The position numbers and the translations under genes are program-made. A stretch of 64,000 bases of DNA, from assembly GCA_037379345.1 (NCBI GenBank), contig CM074519.1, forward strand, positions 4,278,001-4,342,000, written 5' to 3'. The stretch comes from Perna viridis. Lineage: Eukaryota. Positions 27,301 through 39,300 of this stretch are shown piece after piece; within the stretch, counting starts at the first letter, position 1, and each line of letters starts with the position of its first letter. The notes beneath the pieces are model-generated. The model searched no databases and had not been told where the DNA came from. It saw nothing but the letters and a program-made list of their open reading frames with translations.

Positions 27301-30300
27301 ATGCAGAAATGTTTAAGTGTCAGTAATTTGAGGTATAAATTATTTGAAATTCATTACAGCTTTTTATCAAAAGGGGATAACTCACTTTTCCCCATATTTC
27401 TATGGTAACTTTGAACTGTGTTTCCTGCATCCTCTGACACTTTTAAGACATACTAGCTACCAATACATCTTCATTAGACCATGAACTATGTGCCCTCATT
27501 GCCAAATTGTGTGTTTTTCCTGAGCATGATTCGATCATTATTTATCAATTTTGCCAGATTCTTAGAGATTACAGCACTTAAATATTTGGAAACAGCATGC
27601 CTCAGTACAGCTAATAATTCAGTAATGCAAGCTTTTCTCAAAATAATTCTAAGTCTTATTTCTGCAATATCAAAGTTTCTAAATTTGCATCATTTAATAG
27701 GCTATCAAAATATCTTTCTGCTTTGTGTAGTCAAATCCTGTTTCACAAATACCCAAACTATGAGAACTGTTGTCTATGAAGTCTCTTGTGTTTTTGTAGA
27801 ATGAGAAGCAGCGACTGAGAGAAATGATACATGAAGGAAGACAGACGGCCATACATTATGAAACAGTTGGTTTAGGTACTTGTTAGAAACTTATAATGGT
27901 TACTGTTAGGCCACACAAAGTTAATTTTTGGGTTTTAGGTCTTGAGGTAGGATTTTGTTTTGTCCTTTTCAGTCTTTATATGCTCATTTTTTACACTTGT
28001 TTTATGGTATATTGCTGTCCATATATGGGTTGGTTCCACGTTTTCATACATTTATATTAAAATAATTTTTGATTTTCGGTGATTTCTGATGTTTTGCTTC
28101 ACATTTATGGGATTTTATCTCTGAAAAATGAGCAACAGCATACTACATACTCTAGTTCAGCTTATCATTTTTAAGGAGGTAGACCTAGAGTAAGGGACAT
28201 AACTCATGAAATCAGTGATATGTCATACACAATTTCACCTAAGCCTCTCAAGCTTTCATTTGAAGCAGAATAAAATGAATCCAAGTTAATTAGATGCTTA
28301 CATAAGATTGGTTTAAATGCTGAATGCAAACGTTCCAGTGATTTTTAAGAGTTGTTTCCCTTACTCCAGGTCTATCTCCTTAAATGTCAGTCCCTGTCAG
28401 AATCAGGTGAAATATGATTTAATTTTAAAATTAGCAGACAGATAAAATAATTTTTGCCATTAATATCATGCTAACTAATGACATGTGATATGTATCTTCT
28501 GCTATCTTGCTTGTATGAAAGAAGCATAAATAATCACCTAGCGTTTGTACATATTTATAAGTGTATATATTAGAAAAACATGCACTTTCAGCATTAGGAA
28601 GCCCCTGAGATATAATCATTATATAGTGCGAATTTTGAAATAAAATTCAATTATTGATACATTAATTTTCCTTTTCATTACTAAATCAAAATGTCAATTC
28701 CTCAATTCAAGCAATATTTGTAGTTCAGTTACAATCATTGAAAACTAATTATGCTCAGAGAATATTTAATTGTATAACAAAATATTCATACGAAGAAACA
28801 TACTTCCACAATTTGATTAGCTGAAAAGTTTTTAGGGTACATATAATCTCATTTAATAGTTCGTGTTTTGAAAGTGTGTTTTGACTATTTGCACCATCAG
28901 AATCAAGAAAAAAATTACAAGATTTTCCATATAATTTTGAAAAACAGAGTTGTACTTTCATTGAAATGCATTTTAAATGAAAATTTTAAAGGCATATTAC
29001 TCTGTCAAAAACCTCAATTTTTCTAACATTCTATTGAAAAATTTCCAAATTCAGTGATGTAGAGATCAAATAGTGGTCCTTTGGGAATAGAGACATTATT
29101 CTTGAGTGAAACACCATTATCAGATTGGTGGGTTTTCTGATTTTTCTCATTTTGCCTGATTCTTACAAAAACTTACACTTCCAAAATTGAGAATTATTAG
29201 CCGAACACCATACTTCTTGTAAATAAACCAACAAAATGTGATGTTCCAATTATTGATAAACTGCAATGGATTATCATCCTTGTTGTCATTATAATTTTTT
29301 TCAAAGGAGTCTTTTCCTCTAAAATTCCTAGGCCAAATGTTGCAAAACTTTGCCTAATTGTTTTTCATAGTTTCTAGAAAAAAATGTCTTTTCTTTAAAA
29401 TTACTTTATGAAAACTGCACAAAAAGGCTTCAGCATAAGAAACAAGGAACCATATTATATTATTTTATACCCCCACTTTTATCCACTCATAAGAGTGGGC
29501 CTATTTTTGCAGTCAGTTTGTCTGTCCATCAGTCTGTCCATCTGTGACACATTTCGTAGAATATTTCTCAGCGTCTATTACAGGGAAGGTTTTAATATTT
29601 TGTATACTGTTTTTTCATGATGATTTGAACCATGTTCACCCTTTTCAGGTTCCTCACTTACCTACTTCCTGATTACCAATCAACTAAGTCATTTTTTTTA
29701 GGATAATGCACAATGGAATTTTTGTAACAAAATTCTCAGCTTCTATTACAGTGAATGCATAGATATTTGGTACTTTGCTTTTACATGATGACTTGTACCG
29801 TGATTCTCTTTCCCAGCTTTGACCTACATGGTTGGGTGGGGGTATTCTTAGTACAATGAATCATGCAATATTTTGTCCGTGATTCCCTTTCCCAGCTTTG
29901 ACCTACATGGTTGGGTGGGGGTATTCTTAGTACTATGAAGCTTGCCATATTTTGTCTGTGATTCTCTTTCCCAGCTTTGACCTACATGGTTGGGTGGGGA
30001 TATTCTTAGTACAATGAATCAAGCAATATTTTGTCCGTGATTCCCTTTCCCAGCTTTGACCTACATGGTTGGGTGGGGGTATTCTTAGTACTATGAATCA
30101 AGCAATATTTTGTCCGTGATTCTCTTTCCCAGCTTTGACCTACATGGTTGGGTGGGGGTATTCTTAGTACAATGAATCAAGCAATATTTTGTCTGTGATT
30201 CTCTTTCCCAGCTTTGACCTACATGCTTGGGTGGGGGTATTCTTAGTACTATGAAGCATGCCATATTTTGTCCGTGATTCTCTTTCCCAGCTTTGACCTA

Positions 30301-33300
30301 CATGGTTGGGTGGGGATATTCTTAGTACTATGAAGCATGCCATATTTTGTCCATGATTCTCTTTCCCAGCTTTGACCTACATGGTTGGGTGGGGGTATTC
30401 TTAGTAAAATGAATCAAGCAATATTTTGTCCGTGATTCCCTTTCCTAGCTTTGACCTACATGGTTGGGTGGGGGTATTCTTAGTACAATGAAGCATGCCA
30501 TATTTTGTTGTTTTTTACTTTCCAGAAGATCCAGTAGAGTTTTTTAGTCTGTATGATGACTCACTAAAGATGATGAGATTTCTTGCAGATGCTGACATCA
30601 ACTGGAGATCAAAGTGAGTTTATCCTTATTTTTTCTTTTGTTGAAATCTCATTCAAAAAAATACCACCACTTTGTCTGAGCTTAGTTTAAGAATTTAGGA
30701 GTGTACATTTCAGTTTTTTGCAGTACTATTTGTATATTAAAATCAGGCTCTGTAATGTTAAAAAAATCAGGAAAACTACATGTATTTGGACTTTATCATA
30801 GTGACTTTTTTCTTTTTTTTTTGGTTATAATCTGGGTTCTAAAATGTTAAAAAAAATCTGTAAAAACCTGCAGACTTTTTTGCAATAACAAAAACATAAT
30901 ATTGATTTTGAATTTATGGTAGTTTGTAAAGATGCTTTCTGTTGAGTTACAAAGACATAATAAGTATATTGTTTTGATAATGAAGCCAACATTTCTGTAT
31001 CCATGCCACATTTGTGGTGATAAGTCCGACTGAACTGTTTCTTTTCATTATAGTTTATTTGTCACATTTACATGAAAAGTGCCATTTTCAAAGGGAATTC
31101 TTTGCACTATTTTATTTACTATACACATTTAAAGTTTTGAACTCCATAATTTTTTTTTTCACAGAATGCAAGAGTTGTACTCACAACACAAAAAGGCTAG
31201 AACATCTCAGTCAAAGAAAGAAAAGGACAGTACTCAATCAGGTGGAGAGTCAAGTAGAAAAGATGTTTCTGGTTCCAATTCATCTGTGAAAGAAACAGGG
31301 ATGCAGATCAAGAAAGATGCATCTGGATCCCTGTTGCCTGTTAAGGAATCAGTAGAACCAAAAAGAAAGTTATCTGGTACTTCGAATTGTATAGGAAATT
31401 CAAGTGACCGGGTTTCCTCTGAGGAACCAAAAGTGGATGACATTCCAATAGTTGATATTCAACTTGAAAAATCTTTGAACATTCAGGATGAACACTATGG
31501 ACCTCAGTCTTCAGGTTCTCAACCATATACCTCGACACCAGTCTTGTTAAATGAAGGTGACAAAAACCCAGTTGGTGCCACACAGAAAGAACGTAGCCAG
31601 TCGAATGCTGCCAAGCCAGTGATGCAGGACCTACTGGTAGAAATTGAAAAACAGAGAGCAATGTCATATGCTGGACAGACTGACTTAGAAAGCCAGAGGA
31701 CTAACTCAGTAAGCTCATTTCTTGTTATTGTTTCTAAATTATTAATTGTATCTCCAGTGTTCAATTAGAACTCATTTAAACTTATGAATTGAAGGTACGG
31801 CTGTAAGGGTATTTCTAGTAGTGTATAAGCATAAAAACGCTTTTGCTGTACTGGAAGTTATTTGTTTGATCTCATGCTCCCATTAAGAGAACATTGGTTG
31901 GATTTATAGCATCTTTATTTCATATTTATCTTTAGATTGGTTCAGTTAATTTACTGGAGTCCTGGTCTGGTGATGTCATTCCAAGATCAGGTAAGGCTGT
32001 TCATAGATTTTTATGTTTTCTAAATTGATTGAAGCAGACTGAACATGTTTATAATAAAACACTTTATATCAAAAACTAGATTAACTAGTAATTTAATTTT
32101 GATTGAGCAGATCCAAGCAACAATAATTCCCTTCAGTTTCTGATTAGTCATCGATCCATTAAACTGATTCATTGAACCAGTGATCCCATCATGTGACTGC
32201 TGAGCAGTAAAATATTTCACAGATTATTTTTTGTTTGATCGTCAATTTTAACACATATATACGAAATGCAATAAATTCAAACATCATTTAATTACCAATG
32301 TTTTATATTTGTTTTATTTTTAACAAAATACAATACTTTAAGATGAATTTAATATAATATTAAATGTATATTAGACTCGTTACAATGGAAATTCTAAAAT
32401 TTACATGAACTGATTTTACATGTGAATGTCAAGTATGTGCTTGCTATTTGTGAATCATAAGAATGTCAGGTATGTGCTTGCATTGTGTGAATCATAAGAA
32501 TGTCAAGGATGTGCTTGCATTGTGTGAATCATAAGAATGTCAAGGATGTGCTTGCTATTTGTGAATCATAAGAATGTCAGGTATGTGCTTGCATTGTGTG
32601 AATCATAAGAATGTCAAGGATGTGCTTGCAATGTGTGAATCATGTGAATGTCAAGTATGTGCTTGAAATGTGTGAATCATTAGCATGTGCCGGTCTTATA
32701 CCATGCATCTTGTTTCATTATTGTATAAGTTCACTTCATTGTTTTGTCATATTTTGAATGAATTAAATAGGTTTAAAATATTTAATTATTTCAAATTTAA
32801 CTGTAAAAATTAAATAAATCCTTTAATTATGAGTTATGTACTGGATCATGTATCATATCTCTGGTGTTTTGTGTGATACTGTATTAATTTTGCGGTTCCT
32901 AATTTTCATGGATTTTGTCAAGTGAACATATTCACGGATATCAATTTTCCTGGATTAAATAAATGATAAGCTTTATACAGAGTGTATAATTAATTGCGTG
33001 GTTACTTTTTTCACATCGAAAATTAAAACTTTAACAGTATGCTATTATGGATTTTGAGAAAAAAAGTGCTTATTTTGGTGCAGATTGCTATTCTTCATGC
33101 AGTTCATGTAACACAGTGTGAGAAGCTGTCACACTAGATATCATGTCAAGGGAAGATTCTTTATTGTTATACAACTAGCTTCCTACTGAATATCATGTCA
33201 AGGGAATATCCTTGATTGTCTACAACTAGCTTCCTACTGAATATCATGTCAAGGAAATATCCTTGATTGTCTACAACTAGCTTCCTACTGGATATCATGT

Positions 33301-36300
33301 CAAGGGAATATCCTTGATTGTCTACAACTAGCTTCCTACTGGATGAGTAAGAGTAAACAAGGGAACCAAGGTTATAGCAGTAATCAAAAGAATGCAATCC
33401 AGGGACAAAGACCAGACATGGAAAACAGACATACACAACAAAGAACACAAAGTAACTAAAATCATATATACAAAGTAACAAAAGCAAATGAGCAACTCAG
33501 ACTCCACTAAAAACTGGGAGCATGGACCAGGTGCACTGGTAGGGTAATATTTCAAGGGAAGATCCTTGATTGTATACAATTAGCTTCCTACTAGATATCA
33601 TGTCAATGAGAGATCCCTGTATGCTCAACTATTCCCATTGAGAAAAGCAGTTAACATTAAAATAATTAAGATTTCCTTTTAATTTCGTCACATATTTATA
33701 TGAAAGAGTAATCTTTTTTTAAGGAATTTTGATGATGTGGAAACTTTTTTAACACAAGCTTGAAAACAATTTCTTAAAAATATTGTTAAATTGTGTACAT
33801 GTATATTTTTCAGAGATACCCCCTGCAGAATCTGAGTCTATTGCTATTGACCAATCATGTAAGTTTTTACTTACAAAGTGCTTTTTACTAATCATGTTTT
33901 TATTGACAAAGTAATCTGAGTTCATTGCTATTGACCAGTCATGTAAGTTTTTACTAACAAAGGAAGTTCACACTGATTCAGTCACATGTTACAATATTGG
34001 ACTTAGATATTTTTAAAAAAAATGGACGTTTCCAGATTTTTCTCCCTACAGTTTAACTATTTTTAATAAAATGTCCACAATTTTTTTTCAACACTTTATC
34101 ATACCCCCTCCCCCCACTAACAAAGTTTGGGGGGTATATAGGAATCACCCAGTCTGTCTCCTCCTAAACCACTCAAGGAATTTTAATGAAATTTTATAGG
34201 AAAATTGGGCAAAATATGTAGATGTGCAAAGGAATAAAGTTACTGTGTGAGGACTCTAAAGGAAGATTAAGGGTTGTACAAGTAAAAACATGTCAGCACA
34301 ACTCCTTAACAGCTCAAAGAGTTTTGATAAAATTTTTAGAAAGTATAGGCATCATCGGTAGATTTGCATGAATTTTAGAAAGTATAGGCATCATCGGTAG
34401 ATTTGCATGAAGGAATATGACAATTGATGGAGGACTCCAAAGGGAGATACTGGTAATCCAACTTAAGGGTTTTACATGTTCAAAACTTGTCAGCGCAACT
34501 CTTCCTTTATGGCTCAAGGGATTTTGATTAAATTTTATAGGTAGGTTGGACATCATATTTAGATATGCATGAAGGAATATAGTTACTGTCAGAGGACTCT
34601 AAAGAGAAATAATCACTTCAGGGTTTGACATGTTAAAATTTGGTCAGCACAACTCCTCCTACACAGTTCAAGGGATTTTGATGAAATTTTTATAGGAAGG
34701 TTGGGTATCATAAAATTCTGTAGACGTGCAAAAAGGAATATGGTTACTTTTTGGAGGACCCCAAAGGGAGATAATCCAACTTAAAGGTTTAACCACTACT
34801 AAAGTGTGTTACTGGATTTTCCAAACGAAGAAAGACACTTAACTGATATAAAGCTTGAGCACTTGTGTTTTTGTTATACTTTCACATCTAGTTTTTGAAT
34901 GGTATTGCCTGAGCAATAATTTGATAACTAAGTCGCCAAAGTGACTTATTGTTTTTACTGTGTTTTCCTGAACGTACAGATGTCCTGGCGATTTCTCTGA
35001 GACTGCTCCTTGTCTTAACAATGAAGCAAGCTCAGGGGGTGTGCATGCAACTTTTGAAGTTTCAAAATGACTGCTCAGTTCATAATGGCCAACAAAACAA
35101 AACCATAAAAAATGGAGAGAAAAAATCTATGCAGGTAATACCAGTATTTAATAGTATCTCACATGGCTGTTCTTGACCTGCTGACATCACAGGAGTAAAC
35201 ATTTTTTTTAAAAGCTGCCACAATTGTCAAAATTTTGAAAATTGTTGGCTTTCAATGATAATCGGCTGAATTCAACCATTTGCAGGTTTTAGCAACTTTT
35301 GTGTTTTGCTTTCAAAGACAGTGTCACTTATTATTATTTGATATTAAATTACTTGATTGAAGGAACTAGGAAGTTATCAAAAACTTAAATATAATCTGCT
35401 ATATTTTAGATGTTTTAGCAGAGAGTGGTATCTACAGTGTAACTCCTGGTATCTCAGCAGGTATAAAGCAGTTCAGTGATCAATTCTCTGATTCTGTCGA
35501 CTCTCACTATGTTCTACTGAAGATAGCCCAAGGCAAGTTAATTGACCAGTGACTCTCATTATGTTCTACTGTAGATTGCACAAGATAAGTTAATTGGTCA
35601 ATTCTCTAATTCTGTGGACTCTCATTATGTTCTACTGTAGATTACACAAGGTAAGTTCATAGGTCAATTCTCTAATTCTGTGGACTTTCATTATGTTCTA
35701 CTGTAGATTACACAAGGTAATTCATAGGTCAATTCTCTAATTCTGTGGACTTTCATTATGTTCTACTGTAGATTACACAAGGTAAGTTCATAGGTGACTT
35801 TCATTATGTTCTACTGTAGATTACACAAGATGAGTTCATAGGTCAATTCTCTAATTCTGTGGACTCTCATTATGTTCTACTGTAGATTACACAAGATGAG
35901 TTCATAGGTCAATTCTCTAATTCTGTGGACTTTCATTATGTTCTACTGTAGATTACACAAGGTAAGTTCATAGGTCAATTCTCTAATTCTGTGGACTCTC
36001 ATTATGTTCTACTGTAGATTACACAAGGTAAGTTCATAGGTCAATTCTCTAATTCTGTGGACTCTCGGTATGTTCTACTGTAGATTACACAAGATAAGTT
36101 AATTGGTCAATTCTCTAATTCTGTGGACTCTCATTATGTTCTACTGTAGATTACACAAGATAAGTTAATTGGTCAATTCTCTAATTCTGTGGACTCTCGG
36201 TATGTTCTACTGTAGATTACACAAGATAAGTTAATTGGTCAATTCTCTAATTCTGTGGACTCTCATTATGTTCTACTGTAGATTACACAAGATAAGTTAA

Positions 36301-39300
36301 TTGGTCAATTCTCTAATTCTGTGGACTCTCGGTATGTTCTACTGTAGATTACACAAGATAAGTTAATTGGTCAATTCTCAAATTCTGTGGACTCTCGGTA
36401 TGTTCTACTGAAGATAAGTTTTAGACAAATAATTGTATTAGAAACCAACCTGCATTATATTTTAAACCTTGATGAAGAAATGTTCTGCTGTTAAATGCTA
36501 TGAATATAAAAAGCTACATAAGTACTGTTTGCTCTTCAAATCTAGAATCCCAATTGTGACCATTTATATTTAGTCAGTATTCTGCTTATGGTTGTTTTAA
36601 TTATTAGATTCAGAGAAAGAAGAGTCTAAACCAGTATCAAACAATGATGAAGTAAGACAGCCATCTATTACTGTATTTTCAAGTGAGGGTAGTGGACAGG
36701 TTACCATGGCAGCTTCAAATGACGTACCAGTTGAGAAATTTGATACTGAAAAGAAAGTGAAAAATAGGAAAGAGAGTGGCAAAAGATATGGTACTGGATT
36801 ATTAATTATATAATTTTATGAAAGAGTATTCAAGGGGACCAAGATTATAGCTGAAATCAAAAGAATGTAATCTAGGGACAAAGACCAGACATTGAAAACA
36901 AACACAACAAAGAACATAAAATAACTAATATAATACATTAAAATTAACAAAAGAAAATGAGTAACTCAGACTCCAATAAAAACATGAAAATCATTTCAAC
37001 TTATTACAGACAGTTTATACATAAATGACATACATGTAAATAAGGATGATATACTTTCTCCACCTTCGTTTTTTCCACCAGGGTCCGGTTGTTTGACAGA
37101 TTTATCCCTGGAACAGAAGTTATCAACTGGATAAGTCTAGTACAATCTATACAACTTATCATCCAATGACATTAGATTTATCCAAGGAATAATAAATTGT
37201 ATAGTTGGTATTAGACTATTCCAATGGATAATTTCAGGGGATAAATCTTTTGAACAATTGAATGTCATTCAATTCAATATCCAAAACAATTTGACTGGTT
37301 TTTTTTTATATTTTTTTTAAAGTTTTACAGACACTTTCTTATGATTTCATTGTTTGCTATGTTTTAATTATGGGTTATGATTGTACAATGTGCTCTAGTA
37401 CAACTATGTCTCCAGGTTTACCCTAATTCATTCAAACTTGATTCCTTATTTCAGATGATTTCACGGACAGTCAGCAGGTAGAAAGAATCAGTGGTATAAT
37501 GAAGAAAACTATTACCAACTTCCTGTCTGGGAGTGGGTTACCTCCCTTACCATTCCCATTGTAAGTATATGTGATTGGTTACCTCCCTTACCATTCCTTT
37601 TATAAATCTAGACTATGTGGTTGTTTTGTTTGGGGAAATATTTTGTTTAAAATTTCTGTGAATATAGTTAACAATTACATCATAATGAAGAATTAACATA
37701 AACCAATGAACAAATAGTATCTGATACTCAGATTCTTAAAGAAAGATGCTTTATAAAATTAGTATGAAATATTTCCTTTTTTGTCAGCATTGTTAATTCT
37801 TGAGATATTGGTATTTTTCTGGCATTTTTCAGTGATTGCAGAGAACACCACCTGTTACCAACTTGTTACAGAGTCCCTGTTGTTATATATGACTTAGAAC
37901 CAAGCTCTATAATAGCTTATGGACTTAGGTATGTAGTTCAGAAGTCATAATTATTTATCATTTGGCTCAATTACTGACAACCACTAGGCCTATTATGATT
38001 ATGCCTAATGGTGAATGAAATGATTGTATTTTTTTCAAATGATCTAGCATTCGTGGATTAATTAGTGCATATTGTTATATGGAGTTACCATTGAAACATT
38101 AAGAGAAACATTTTGGCTGATATCTTGGAGATTCTGATTTCCAGTTTATTTAGGGTACGATTCAGACAGATTTCCAGTTAAGGGGTTCACTCTATTGAGA
38201 CTTAACAGATATTTTGCTTTCCTTCTAGTTCCTATGATTATCAACAAAGACTACTGGAAATCCAGTCATCTCTAACTTCATCTCAAAAAATAAGGTAAGA
38301 TTTACATTTCTTACATGGTGTTACAAGTACAGATCCATGTAACAATCAGAAAGGACTGAAAGTATCAGGGATATATGTAAAAACTACTATTGCCTTGTTA
38401 ACATTATTTGTTTCACTAATTCTGCTTCCATATTGTTTGGTAAGTCATCTGAGATAAACCACTGAGTGTACACCAAGAATCTGTGGTTCATGTGGAACAA
38501 ATTATATAATGGAAAGCACCCAAAGTGGTTTAAGTACAGAACTATGTAAAAATCAAGCAGGTACAAAAAAAGTTGTGACAAATGTGAACATTTTATTGCT
38601 AAAATTTATTTGGTTCACCCTAGAAGCAATCATTGTATACTTTATAGTGCTGATTCAGTGAGATGAAGGAAGTTTTTTATGTGAAAGTTGTGTAAAATGC
38701 ACTACATAAGTTTTCTGTCGTTTTAATTTCTTAGGTTAAAAACCATTCAAAATTTATCTCTCATCACCATTCTATGTATCTTAACAGAAGATTCTTAAAC
38801 TATTTTTGTTAGTTAAGTGACAATCTCTATAAGAATCAGTTAATGGTGAAACATGGTATGAATAAACCGATTATTTTGATAGTGTAATTTTCCTAGTTGC
38901 ACCATCAGAATCGAGGAATGAAGAAAATGTTTTCCAAATCATGTTGGTGCATTGGGATATAATTTCATTGAAATGCACTGAAAATGAACATATCTAGGGC
39001 AGATAACTCTGTTTAAAACATCATTTTTCTAAAATTCTATTGTACAATTTCTGATCAAAACCAGTGATGCAGAGATCAAATAATGGTCTTTTTAAATAGA
39101 GAAAGTATCCTTGAGTGATATTTTATTGTCAGATCGGTGAGTTTTTGACATGCATGATTCTGATTTTTTCCATTTTGCCTGATTCTTACAAACACTTACA
39201 CCTAAAACTTCTAAAATTTATTTCAGTGGTAATAAAGAAAGTAAGCCAGTTGATGAAGATTTAACAGAGAATTGTAAGTGTTACCTCAAAAATAAAAAAC

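Noticed and set aside
31234-31764. Several overlapping minus-strand ORFs
   Set aside because: Antisense shadows of the PIKfyve exon at 31165-31708.
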